This document shows, piece after piece, positions 36,701 through 50,659 of a stretch of DNA of 64,000 nt. The stretch is from Eledone cirrhosa. Taxonomy: Eukaryota. Numbering within the stretch: position 1 is the first letter of the stretch; the number at the start of each line of letters is the position of its first letter. The translations under genes and the position numbers were made by a program. Under the pieces are notes generated by a model that had not been told where the DNA came from, made no database searches, and saw only the letters and a program-made list of their open reading frames with translations. Location: contig OZ024741.1 of the NCBI GenBank assembly GCA_964016885.1, positions 5,394,001 through 5,458,000 on the forward strand, read 5' to 3'.

Positions 36701-39700
36701 GTCCACTTGAGGAAGCTATTACAGTGGTCCACTTGAGGTTATTACAGTGGTCCACTTGAGGAGGCTATTACAGTGGTCCACTTGAGGTTATTACAGTGGT
36801 CCACTTGAGGTTATTACAGTGGTCCACTTGAGGAGGCTATTACAGTGGTCCACTTGATGTTATTACAGTGGTCCACTTGTGGAGGTTATTACAGTGGTCC
36901 ACTTGAGGTTATTACAGTGGTCGAGTTGAGGTTATTACAGTGGTCCACTTGAGGGGGCTATTACAGTGGTCCACGTGAGAAGGTTATTACAGTGGTTCAC
37001 TTGAGGTTATTACAGTGGTCCACTTGAGGAGTTTATTACAGTGGTCCACTTGAGGGGTTATTACAGTGGTCCACTTGAGAAGGTTATTACAGTGGTCCAC
37101 TTGAGGAGGTTATTACAGTGGTCCACTTGATGTTATTACAGTGGTCCACTTGAGGAGGCTATTACAGTGGTCCACTTGAGGAGGTTATTACAGTGGTCCA
37201 CTTGAGGAGGCTATTACAGTGGTCTACTTGAGGTTATTACAGTGGTCCACTTGAGGGGGTTATTACAGTGGTCCACTTGAGGTTATTACAGTGGTCCAAT
37301 TGAGGAGGTTATTACAGTGGTCCACTTGAGGTTATTACAGTGGACCAATTGAGGAGGTTATTACAGTGGTCCGCTTGAGGAGGTTATTACAGTGGTCCAC
37401 TTGAGGTTATTACAGTGGTCCACTTGAGGAGGTTATTACAGTGCTCCACTTGAGGTTATTACAGTGGTCCACTTGAGGAGGTTATTACAGTGGTCCGTTT
37501 GAGGAGGTTATTACAGTGGTCCACTTGAGGTTATTACAGTGGTCCACTTGAGGAGGTTATTACAGTGGTCCAATTGAGGAGGTTATTACAGTGGTCCACT
37601 TGAGGAGGTTATTACAGTGGTCCACTTGAGGAGGTTATTACAGAGGTCCAATTGAGGAGGTTATTACAGTGGTCCACTTGAGGAGGTTATTACAGTGGTC
37701 CAGTTGAGGTTATTACAGTGGTACACTAGAGGAGGTTATTACAGTGGTCCACTTGAGGTTATTACAGTGGTCCACTTGAGGAGGTTATTACAGTGGTCCA
37801 CTTGAGGTTATTACAGTGGTCCACTTGAGGAGGCTATTACAGTGGTCCACTTGAGGTTATTACAGTGGTCCACTTGAGGAGGTTATTACAGTGGTCCACT
37901 TGAGGTTATTACAGTGGTCCACTTGAGGAGGTTATTACAGTGGTCCAATTGAGGAGGTTATTACAGTGGTCCACTTGAGGTTATTACAGTGGGCCACTAG
38001 AGGAGGTTATTACAGTGGTCCACTTGAGGTTATTACAGTGGTCCACTTGAGGAGGCTATTACAGTGGTCCACTTGAGGAGGTTATTACAGTGGTCCACTT
38101 GAAGAGGTTATTACAGTAGTCCACTTGAGGTGGTTATTACAGTGGTCCACTTGAGGTGGTTATTACAGTGGTCCACTTGAGGAGGCTATTACAGTGGTCC
38201 ACTTGAGGAGGTTATTACAGTGGTCCACTTGAGGTTATTACAGTGGTCCACTTGAGGTTATTATAGTGGTTCACTTGAGGAGGCTATTACAGTGGTCCAC
38301 TTGAGGTTATTACAGTGGTCCACTTGAGGAGGCTATTAAAGTGGTCCACTTGAGGTTATTACAGTGATCCACTTGAGGAGGCTATTACAGTGGTCCACTT
38401 GAGGTTATTTCAGTGATCCACTTGAGGAGGTTATTACAGTGGTCCACTTGAGGTTATTACAGTGGTCCACTTGAGGTTATTACAGTGGTCCACTTGAGGG
38501 GGCTATTACAGTGGTCCACTTGAGAAGGTTATTACAGTGGTCAAGTTGAGGTTATTACAGTGGTCCCCTTGAGGAGGCTATTACAGTGGTCCACTTGAGA
38601 AGGCTATTACAGTGGTCCACTTGAGAAGGTTATTACAGTGGTCCACTTGAGGTTATTACAGTGGACCATTTGAGGAGGTTATTATAGTGCTCCACTTGAG
38701 GAGGTTATTACAGTGGTCCACTTGAGGAGGTTATTACAGTGGTCCACTTGAGGAGGTTATTACAGTGGTCCACTTGAGGAGGTTATTACAGTGGTCCACT
38801 TGAGGTGGCTATTACAGTGGTTCACTTGAGGTTATTACATTGGTCCAATTGAGGAGGTTATTACAGTGGTCCACTTGAGGAGGCTATTACAGTGGTCCAC
38901 TTGAGGTTATTACAGTGGTCCACTTGAGGAGGTTAATACAGTGGTCCACTTGAGTTTATTACAGTGGTCCACTTGAGGAGGCTATTACAGTGGTCCACTT
39001 GAGGAGGTTATTACAGTGGTCCACTTGAGGTTATTACAGTGGTCCACTTGTGGAGGCTATTACAGTGGTCCACTTGAGGTTATTACAGTGGTCCACTTGA
39101 GGAGGTTATTACAGTGGTCCACTTGAGGTTATTACAGTGGTCCACTTGAGGAGGCTATTACAGTGGTCCATTTGAGGTTATTACAGTGGTCCACTTGAGG
39201 AGGTTATTACAGTGGTCCACTTGAGGTTATTACAGTGGTCCACTTGAGGTTATTACAGTTGTCCACTTGATGTTATTACAGTGGTCCACTTGAGGAGGCT
39301 ATTACAGTGGTCCACTTGAGGTTATTACAGTGATCCACTTGAGGAGGTTATTACAGTGGTCCATTTGAGGTTATTACAGTGATCCACTTGAGGTTATTAC
39401 AGTGGTCCACTTGAGGAGGCTATTACAGTGGTCCACTTGAGGTTATTACAGTTGTCCACTTGAGGAAGCTATTACAGTGGTCCACTTGAGGTTATTACAG
39501 TGGTCCACTTGAGGAGGCTATTAGAGTGGTCCACTTGAGGTTATTACAGTGGTCCACTTCAGGTTATTACAGTGGTCCACTTGAGGAGGCTATTACAGTG
39601 GTCCACTTGATGTTATTACAGTGGTCCACTTGTGGTGGTTATTACAGTGGTCCACTTGAGGTTATTACAGTGGTCGACTTGAGGTTATTACAGTGGTCCA

Positions 39701-41783
39701 CTTGTGGAGGTTATTACAATGGTCCACTTGAGGAGGTTATTACAGTGGTCCACTTGAGGTTATTACAGTGGTCCACTTGAGGAGGTTATTACAGTGGTCC
39801 ACTTGAGGTTATTACAGTGGTCCACTTGAGGATTTTATTACAGTGGTCCACTTGAGGTTATTACAATGGTCCACATGAGGATTTTATTACAGTGTTCCAC
39901 TTGAGGAGGTTATTACAGTGGTCCACTTGAGGAGGTTATTACAGTGGTCCACTTGAGATTATTACAGTGGTCCACTTGAGGTTATTACAGTGGTCCACTT
40001 GAGGTGGCTATTAAAGTGGTCCACTTGTGGACGTTATTACAGTGGTCCACTTGAGGTTATTACAGTGGTCCACTTGAGGTGGCTATTACAGTGGTCCACT
40101 TGAGGAGGCTATTACAGTGGTCCACTTGAGGAGGTTATTACAGTGGTCCACTTGAGGAGGTTATTACAGTGGTCCACTTGAGGTTATTACAGTGGTCCAA
40201 TTGAGGAGGTTATTACAGTGGTCCACTTGAGGAGGTTATTACAGTGGTCCACTTGAGGTTATTACAGTGTTCCACTTGAGGTGGTTACTACAGTGGTCCA
40301 CTTGAGGAGGTTATTACAGTGGTCCACTTGAGGTTATTACAGTGGTCCACTTGAGGAGGCTATTACAGTGGTCCACTTAAGGTTATTACAGTGGTCCACT
40401 TGAGGAGGTTATTACAGTGGCCCAGTTGAGGAGGTTATTACAGTGGTCCACTTGAGGCTATTACAGTGGTCCACTTGAGGAGGCCATTACAGTGGTCCAC
40501 TTGAGGTTATTACAGTGGTCCACTTGAGGAGGCTATTACAGCGGTCCAATTGAGGTTATTACAGTGGTCCACTTGAGGAGGTTATTACAGTGGTCCACTT
40601 GAGGTTATTACAGTGGTCCACTTGAGGAGGCTATTACAGTGGTCCACTTGAGAAGGTTATTACAGTGGCCCACTTGAGGTTATTACAGTGGTCCACTTGA
40701 GGATGTTTTTAGAGTTGTCAACTTGAGGAGGTTATTACAGTGGTCCAATTGAGAAGGGTATTACAGTGGTCCACTTGAGGAGGCTATTACAGTGGTCCAC
40801 TTGAGAAGGTCATTACAGTGGCCCACTTGAGGTTATTACAGTGGTCCACTTGAGGATGTTTTTAGAGTTGTCCACTTGAGGAGGTTATTACAGTGGTCCA
40901 ATTGAGAAGGTTATTACAGTGGTCCACTTGAGGTCATTACAGTGGTCCACTTGAGGTGGTTATTACAGCGGTCCACTTGAGGTTATTAAAGTAGTCCAAT
41001 TGAGGTTATTACAGTGGTCCACTTGAGGTTATTCCAGTGGTCCACTTGAGGAGGTTATTACAGTGGTCCACTTGAGGTTATTACAGTGGTCCACTTGAGG
41101 TTATTACAGTGGTCCACTTGTAGGGGTTATTACAGTGGTGCACTTCAGGTTATTACAGTGGTCCACATGAGGATTTTATTACAGTGGTCCACTTGAGGTG
41201 GCTATTACAGTGGTCCACTTGAGGAGGTTATTACAGTGGTCCACTTGAGGTTATTACAGTGGTCCACTTGAGGTTATTACAGTGGTCCACTTGAGAAGGT
41301 TATTACAGTGGTCCACTTGAGGAGGTTATTACAATGGTCCACTTGGGGAGGTTATTACAGTGGTCCTCTTGAGGAGGCTATTACAGTGGTCCACTTGAGG
41401 TTATTACAGTGGTCCACTTGAGGAGGTTATTACAGTGGTCCACTTGAGGAGGCTATTACAGTGGTCCACTTGAGGTTATTACAGTGGTCCACTTGAGGAG
41501 GTTATTACAGTGGTCCACTTGAGGAGGTTATTACAGTGGTCCACTTGAGGTTAATACAGAGGTCCACTTGAGGAGGTTATTACAGTGGTCCACTTGAGGT
41601 TATTACAGTGGTCCATTTGAGGAGGTTATTACAGTGGTCCACTTGAGGAGGTTATTACAGTGGTCCACTTGAGGTTATTACAGTGGTCCACTTGTAGAGG
41701 TTATTACAGTGGTGCACTTCAGGTTATTACAGTGGTCCACATGAGGATTTTATTACAGTGGTCCACTTGAGGTAGCTATTACA
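30800..41783 (+). repeat. Higher-order block X, copy 2 (10,984 bp)
   Basis: X markers recur at +29,565 (6730->36295, 4228->33793, 9961->39526, 11137->40702). Confidence 0.9.
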
Positions 41784-44700
41784 GTGGTCCACTTGAGGAG
41801 GTTATTACAGTGGTCCACTTTAGGTTATTACAGTGGTCCACATGAGGTTATTACAGTGGTCCACTTGAGGAGGTTATTACAGTGGTCCACTTCAGGTTAT
41901 TACAGTGGTGCACTTGAGGAGCCTATTACAGTGGTCCACTTGAGGTTATTAAAGTGGTCCACTTGAGGAGGTTATTACAGTGGTACATTTTAGGTGGCTA
42001 TTACAGTGGTCCACTTGAGGAGGTTATTACAGTGGTCCACTTGAGGAGGTTATTACAGTGGTCCACTTGAGGAGGTTATTACAGTGGTCCACTTGAGGTT
42101 ATTACAGTGGTCCACGTGAGGAGGCTATTACAGTGGTCCACTTGAGGTGGCTATTACAGTGGTCCACTAACGAGGTTATTACGGTGGTCCACTTGAGGAG
42201 GCTATTACAGTGGTCCACTTGAGGAGGCTATTACAGAGGTCCACTTGAGGTGGCTATTACAGTGGTCCACTTGAGGTTATTACAGTGGTCCACTTGAGGA
42301 GGTTATTACAGTGGTCCACTTGAGGTTATTACAGTGGTCCACGTGAGGAGGCTATTACAGTGGTCCACTTGAGGAGGCTATTACAGTGGTCCACTTGAGG
42401 AGGCTATTACAGTGGTCCACTTGAGGTTATTACAGTGGTCCACTTGAGTAGGCTATTACAGAGGTCCACTTGAGGTTATTACAGTGGTCCACTTGAGGTT
42501 ATTACAGTGGTCTTCTTGATGTTATTACAGTGGTCCACTTGAAGTTATTACAGTGGTCCACTTGAGGAGGCTATTACAGAGGTCCACTTGAGATTATTAC
42601 AGTGGTCCACTTGAGGAGGTTATTACAGTGGTCCACTTAAGGAGGTTATTACAGTGGTCCACTTGAGGAGACTATTACAGTGGTTCACTTGAGGAGGTTA
42701 TTACAGTGGTCCACTTGAGGAGGTTATTACAGTGGTCCACTTGAGGTTATTACAGTGGTCCAATTGAGGAGGTTATTACAGTGGTCCACTTGAGGAGGCT
42801 ATTACAGTGGTCCATTTGAGGTTATTACAGTGGTCCACTTGAGGAGGTTATTACAGTGGTCCACTTGAGGTTATTACAGTGGTCCACTTGAGGTTATTAC
42901 AGTTGTCCACTTGAGGTTATTACAGTGGTCCACTTGAGGTTATTACAGTTGTCCACTTGAGGAGGCTATTACAGTGGTCCACTTGAGGTTATTACAGTTG
43001 TCCACTTGAGGAAGCTATTACAGTGGTCCACTTGAGGTTATTACAGTGGTCCACTTGAGGAAGCTATTACAGTGGTCCACTTGAGGTTATTACAGTGGTC
43101 CACTTGAGGAGGCTATTACAGTGGTCCACTTGAGGTTATTACAGTGGTCCACTTGAGGAGGTTATTACAGTGGTCCTCTTGAGGAGGCTAGTACAGTGGT
43201 CCACTTGAGGTTATTACAGTGGTCCACTTGAGGAGGTTATTACAGTGGTCCACTTGAGGAGGTTATTACAGTGGTCCACTTGAGGTTAATACAGAGGTCC
43301 ACTTGAGGAGGTTATTACAGTGGTCCACTTGAGGTTATTACAGTGGTCCATTTGAGGAGGTTATTACAGTGGTCCACTTGAGGAGGTTATTACAGTGGTC
43401 CACTTGAGGTTATTACAGTGGTCCACTTCAGGAGGCTATTACAGTGGTCCACTTGAAGAGGCTATTACAGTGGTCCACTTGAGAAGGTTATTACAGTGGT
43501 CCTCTTGAGGTTATTACAGTGGTCCACTTGAGGAGGCTATTAGAGTGGTCCACTTGAGGAGGTTATTACAGTGGTCCACTTGAGAAGGTTATTACAGTGG
43601 TTCACTTGAGGTTATTACAGTGGTCAACTTGAGGAGGCTATTACAGTGGTCCACTTGAGGTGGTTATTACAGCGGTCCACTTGAGGTTATTACAGTGGTC
43701 CACTTGAGGCTATTACAGTGGTCCACTTGCGGAGGCTATTACAGAGGTCCACTTGAGGAGGTTATTATAGGGGTCCACTTGAGGTGGTTATTACAGTGGT
43801 CCACTTGAGAAGGTTATTACGGTGGTCCAGTTTAGGTTATTACAGTGGTCCACTTGTGGAGGTTATTACAGTGGTCAACTTGAGGTTATTACAGTGGTCC
43901 ACTTGAGGAGGTTATTACAGTGGTCCACTTGAAGAGGTTATTACAGTGGTCCACTTGAGGTTATTACAGTGGTCCACTTGAGGAGGTTATTACAGTGGTC
44001 CACTTCAGGTTATTACAGTGGTCCACTTGAGGTGGCTATTACAGTGGTCCACTTGATGAGGCTATTACAGTGGTCCACTTGAGGAGGTTATTACAGTGGT
44101 CCACTTGAGGAGGTTATTACAGTGGTCCACTTGAGGTGGCTATTACAGTGGTTCACTTGAGGTTATTACAGTGGTCCAATTGAGGAGGTTATTACAGTGG
44201 TCCACTTGAGGTTATTACAGTGGTCCAATTGAGGAGGTTATTACAGTGGTCCACTTGAGGAGGTTATTACAGTGGTCCACTTGAGGTTATTACAGTGTTC
44301 CACTTGAGGTGGTTACTACAGTGGTCCACTTGAGGAGGTTATTACAGTGGTCCACTTGAGGTTATTACAGTGGTCCACTTGAGGACGCTATTACAGTGGT
44401 CCACTTAAGGTTATTACAGTGGTCCACTTGAGGAGGTTATTACAGTGGTCCACTTGAGGCTATTACAGTGGTCCACTTGAGGAGGCCATTACAGTGGTCC
44501 ACTTGAGGTTATTACAGTGGTCCACTTGAGGAGGCTATTACAGCGGTCCACTTGAGGTTATTACAGTGGTCCACTTGAGGTTATTACAGTGGTCCACTTG
44601 AGGAGGCTATTACAGTGGTCCACTTGAGAAGGTTATTACAGTGGCCCACTTGAGGTTATAACAGTGGTCCACTTGAGGATGTTTTTAGAGTTGTCCACTT

Positions 44701-46275
44701 GAGGAGGTTATTACAGTGGTCCAATTGAGAAGGGTATTACAGTGGTCCACTTGAGGAGGCTATTACAGTGGTCCACTTGAGAAGGTCATTACAGTGGCCC
44801 ACTTGAGGTTATTACAGTGGTCCACTTGAGGATGTTTTTAGAGTTGTCCACTTGAGGAGGTTATTACAGTGGTCCAATTGAGAAGGTTATTACAGTGGTC
44901 CACTTGAGGTCATTACAGTGGTCCACTTGAGGTGGTTATTACAGCGGTCCACTTGAGGTTATTAAAGTAGTCCAATTGAGGTTATTACAGTGGTCCACTT
45001 GAGGTTATTCCAGTGGTCCACTTGAGGAGGTTATTACAGTGGTCCACTTGAGGTCATTACAGTGGTCCACTTGAGGTTATTACAGTGGTCCACTTGTAGG
45101 GGTTATTACAGTGGTGCACATCAGGTTATTACAGTGGTCCACATGAGGTGGCTATTACAGTGGTCCACTTGAGGAGGTTATTACAGTGGTCCACTTGAGG
45201 TTATTACAGTGGTCCACTTGAGGTTATTACAGTGGTCCACTTGAGAAGGTTATTACAGTGGTCCACTTGAGGAGGTTATTACAATGGTCCACTTGGGGAG
45301 GTTATTACAGTGGTCCACATGAGGTGGCTATTACAGTGGTCCACTTGAGGAGGTTATTACAGTGGTCCACTTGAGGTTATTACAGTGGTCCACTTGAGGT
45401 TATTACAGTGGTCCACTTGAGAAGGTTATTACAGTGGTCCACTTGAGGAGGTCATTACAGTGGTCCACTTGAGGTGGTTATTACAGCGGTCCACTTGAGG
45501 TTATTAAAGTAGTCCAATTGAGGTTATTACAGTGGTCCACTTGAGGTTATTCCAGTGGTCCACTTGAGGAGGTTATTACAGTGGTCCACTTGAGGTTATT
45601 ACAGTGGTCCACTTGAGGTTATTACAGTGGTCCACTTGTAGGGGTTATTACAGTGGTGCACATCAGGTTATTACAGTGGTCCACATGAGGTGGCTATTAC
45701 AGTGGTCCACTTGAGGAGGTTATTACAGTGGTCCACTTGAGGTTATTACAGTGGTCCACTTGAGGTTATTACAGTGGTCCACTTGAGAAGGTTATTACAG
45801 TGGTCCACTTGAGGAGGTTATTACAATGGTCCACTTGGGGAGGTTATTACAGTGGTCCTCTTGAGGAGGCTATTACAGTGGTCCACTTGATGTTATTACA
45901 GTCGTCCACTTGAGGAGGTTATTACAGTGGTCCACTTGAGGAGGCTATTACAGTGGTCCACTTGAGGTTATTACAGTGGTCCACTTGAGGAGGTTATTAC
46001 AGTGGTCCACTTGAGGAGGTTATTACAGTGGTCCACTTGAGGTTAATACAGAGGTCCACTTGAGGAGGTTATTACAGTGGTCCACTTGAGGTTATTACAG
46101 TGGTCCATTTGAGGAGGTTATTACAGTGGTCCACTTGAGGAGGTTATTACAGTGGTCCACTTGAGGTTATTACAGTGGTCCACTTGTAGAGGTTATTACA
46201 GTGGTGCACTTCAGGTTATTACAGTGATCCACATGAGGATTTTATTACAGTGGTCCACTTGAGGTAGCTATTACA
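41784..46275 (+). repeat. Block Y' (4,492 bp)
   Basis: Y markers at ~43187 and ~44053. Lacks four monomers (98 bp) near 42930 and has a 1-bp deletion near 42168. Confidence 0.85.
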
Positions 46276-49200
46276 GTGGTCCACTTGAGGAGGTTATTAC
46301 AGTGGTCCACTTTAGGTTATTACAGTGGTCCACCTGAGGTTATTACAGTGGTCCACTTGAGGAGGTTATTACAGTGGTCCACTTCAGGTTATTACAGTGG
46401 TGCACTTGAGGAGCCTATTACAGTGGTCCACTTGAGGTTATTAAAGTGGTCCACTTGAGGAGGTTATTACAGTGGTATATTTTAGGTGGCTATTACAGTG
46501 GTCCACTTGAGGAGGTTATTACAGTGGTCCACCTGAGGAGGTTATTACAGTGGTCCACTTGAGGAGGTTATTACAGTGGTCCACTTGAGGTTATTACAGT
46601 GGTCCACGTGAGGAGGCTATTACAGTGGTCCACTTGAGGTGGCTATTACAGTGGTCCACTTGACGAGGTTATTACGGTGGTCCACTTGAGGAGGCTATTA
46701 GAGTGGTCCACTTGAGGAGGCTATTACAGAGGTCCACTTGAGGTGGTTATTACAGTGGTCCACTTGAGGTTATTACAGTGGTCCACTTGAGGAGGTTATT
46801 ACAGTGGTCCACTTGAGGTTATTACAGTGGTCCACGTGAGGAGGCTATTACAGTGGTCCACTTGAGGAGGCTATTACAGTGGTCCACTTCAGGTTATTAC
46901 AGTGGTGCACTTGAGGAGCCTATTACAGTGGTCCACTTGAGGTTATTAAAGTGGTCCACTTGAGGATGTTATTACAGTGGTACAGCTTAGGTGGCTATTA
47001 CAGTGGTCCACTTGAGGAGGTTATTACAGTGGTCCACTTGAGGAGGTTATTACAGTGGTCCACTTGAGGAGGTTATTACAGTGGTCCACTTGAGGTTATT
47101 ACAGTGGTCCACGTGAGGAGGCTATTACAGTGGTCCACTTGAGGTGGCTATTACAGTGGTCCACTTGACGAGGTTATTACGGTGGTCCACTTGAGGAGGC
47201 TATTACAGTGGTCAACTTGAGGTGGCTATTACAGTGGTCCACTTGAGGTTATTACAGTGGTCCACTTGAGGAGGTTATTACAGTGGTTCACTTGAGGTTA
47301 TTACAGTGGTCCACGTGAGGAGGCTATTACAGTGGTCCACTTGAGGAGGCTATTACAGTGGTCCACTTGAGGAGGCTATTACAGTGGTCCACTTGAGGTT
47401 ATTACAGTTGTCCACTTGAGGAAGCTATTACAGTGGTCCACTTGAGGTTATTACAGTGGTCCACTTGAGGAAGCTATTACAGTGGTCCACTTGAGGTTAT
47501 TACAGTGGTCCACTTGAGGAGGCTATTACAGTGGTCCACTTGAGGTTATTACAGTGGTCCACTTGAGGAGGTTATTACAGTGGTCCACTTGAGGAGGCTA
47601 TTACAGTGGTCCACTTGAGGTTATTACAGTGGTCCACTTGAGGAGGTTATTACAGTGGTCCACTTGAGGAGGTTATTACAGTGGTCCACTTGAGGTTAAT
47701 ACAGAGGTCCACTTGAGGAGGTTATTACAGTGGTCCACTTGAGGTTATTACAGTGGTCCATTTGAGGAGGTTATTACAGTGGTCCACTTGAGGAGGTTAT
47801 TACAGTGGTCCACTTGAGGTTATTACAGTGGTCCACTTCAGGAGGCTATTACAGTGGTCCACTTGAAGAGGCTATTACAGTGGTCCACTTGAGAAGGTTA
47901 TTACAGTGGTCCTCTTGAGGTTATTACAGTGGTCCACTTGAGGAGGCTATTAGAGTGGTCCACTTGAGGAGGTTATTACAGTGGTCCACTTGAGAAGGTT
48001 ATTACAGTGGTTCACTTGAGGTTATTACAGTGGTCAACTTGAGGAGGCTATTACAGTGGTCCACTTGAGGTGGTTATTACAGCGGTCCACTTGAGGTTAT
48101 TACAGTGGTCCACTTGAGGCTATTACAGTGGTCCACTTGCGGAGGCTATTACAGAGGTCCACTTGAGGAGGTTATTATAGGGGTCCACTTGAGGTGGTTA
48201 TTACAGTGGTCCACTTGAGAAGGTTATTACGGTGGTCCAGTTTAGGTTATTACAGTGGTCCACTTGTGGAGGTTATTACAGTGGTCAACTTGAGGTTATT
48301 ACAGTGGTCCACTTGAGGAGGTTATTACAGTGGTCCACTTGAAGAGGTTATTACAGTGGTCCACTTGAGGTTATTACAGTGGTCCACTTGAGGAGGTTAT
48401 TACAGTGGTCCACTTCAGGTTATTACAGTGGTCCACTTGAGGTGGCTATTACAGTGGTCCACTTGAGGAGGCTATTACAGTGGTCCACTTGAGGAGGTTA
48501 TTACAGTGGTCCACTTGAGGTGGCTATTACAGTGGTTCACTTGAGGTTATTACAGTGGTCCAATTGAGGAGGTTATTACAGTGGTCCACTTGAGGTTATT
48601 ACAGTGGTCCAATTGAGGAGGTTATTACAGTGGTCCACTTGAGGAGGTTATTACAGTGGTCCACTTGAGGTTATTACAGTGTTCCACTTGAGGTGGTTAC
48701 TACAGTGGTCCACTTGAGGAGGTTATTACAGTGGTCCACTTGAGGTTATTACAGTGGTCCACTTGAGGACGCTATTACAGTGGTCCACTTAAGGTTATTA
48801 CAGTGGTCCACTTGAGGAGGTTATTACAGTGGTCCACTTGAGGCTATTACAGTGGTCCACTTGAGGAGGCCATTACAGTGGTCCACTTGAGGTTATTACA
48901 GTGGTCCACTTGAGGAGGCTATTACAGCGGTCCACTTGAGGTTATTACAGTGGTCCACTTGAGGTTATTACAGTGGTCCACTTGAGGAGGCTATTACAGT
49001 GGTCCACTTGAGAAGGTTATTACAGTGGCCCACTTGAGGTTATAACAGTGGTCCACTTGAGGATGTTTTTAGAGTTGTCCACTTGAGGAGGTTATTACAG
49101 TGGTCCAATTGAGAAGGGTATTACAGTGGTCCACTTGAGGAGGCTATTACAGTGGTCCACTTGAGAAGGTCGTTACAGTGGCCCACTTGAGGTTATTACA

Positions 49201-50659
49201 GTGGTCCACTTGAGGATGTTTTTAGAGTTGTCCACTTGAGGAGGTTATTACAGTGGTCCAATTGAGAAGGTTATTACAGTGGTCCACTTGAGGTCATTAC
49301 AGTGGTCCACTTGAGGTGGTTATTACAGCGGTCCACTTGAGGTTATTAAAGTAGTCCAATTGAGGTTATTACAGTGGTCCACTTGAGGTTATTCCAGTGG
49401 TCCACTTGAGGAGGTTATTACAGTGGTCCACTTGAGGTTATTACAGTGGTCCACTTGAGGTTATTACAGTGGTCCACTTGTAGGGGTTATTACAGTGGTG
49501 CACATCAGGTTATTACAGTGGTCCACATGAGGTGGCTATTACAGTGGTCCACTTGAGGAGGTTATTACAGTGGTCCACTTCAGGTTATTACAGTGGTCCA
49601 CTTGAGGTTATTACAGTGGTCCACTTGAGAAGGTTATTACAGTGGTCCACTTGAGGAGGTTATTACAATGGTCCACTTGGGGAGGTTATTACAGTGGTCC
49701 ACATGAGGTGGCTATTACAGTGGTCCACTTGAGGAGGTTATTACAGTGGTCCACTTGAGGTTATTACAGTGGTCCACTTGAGGTTATTACAGTGGTCCAC
49801 TTGAGAAGGTTATTACAGTGGTCCACTTGAGGAGGTCATTACAGTGGTCCACTTGAGGTGGTTATTACAGCGGTCCAATTGAGGTTATTAAAGTAGTCCA
49901 ATTGAGGTTATTACAGTGGTCCACTTGAGGTTATTCCAGTGGTCCACTTGAGGAGGTTATTACAGTGGTCCACTTGAGGTTATTACAGTGGTCCACTTGA
50001 GGTTATTACAGTGGTCCACTTGTAGTGGTTATTACAGTGGTGCACATCAGGTTATTACAGTGGTCCACATGAGGTGGCTATTACAGTGGTCCACTTGAGG
50101 AGGTTATTACAGTGGTCCACTTGAGGTTATTACAGTGGTCCACTTGAGGTTATTACAGTGGTCCACTTGAGAAGGTTATTACAGTGGTCCACTTGAGGAG
50201 GTTATTACAATGGTCCACTTGGGGAGGTTATTACAGTGGTCCTCTTGAGGAGGCTATTACAGTGGTCCACTTGATGTTATTACAGTCGTCCACTTGAGGA
50301 GGTTATTACAGTGGTCCACTTGAGGAGGCTATTACAGTGGTCCACTTGAGGTTATTACAGTGGTCCACTTGAGGAGGTTATTACAGTGGTCCACTTGAGG
50401 AGGTTATTACAGTGGTCCACTTGAGGTTAATACAGAGGTCCACTTGAGGAGGTTATTACAGTGGTCCACTTGAGGTTATTACAGTGGTCCATTTGAGGAG
50501 GTTATTACAGTGGTCCACTTGAGGAGGTTATTACAGTGGTCCACTTGAGGTTATTACAGTGGTCCACTTGTAGAGGTTATTACAGTGGTGCACTTCAGGT
50601 TATTACAGTGATCCACATGAGGATTTTATTACAGTGGTCCACTTGAGGTAGCTATTACA
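46276..50659 (+). repeat. Block W' (4,384 bp = W minus one 26-mer)
   Basis: Landmarks 46276 and 50660; GATGTTTTT at 44678 and 49062 (+4,384); one 26-mer missing near 48500. Confidence 0.87.

Noticed and set aside
42165-42175. Private change CCACTAACGAGG (net 1-bp deletion)
   Set aside because: Singleton; cannot be told from sequencing or consensus error without reads.
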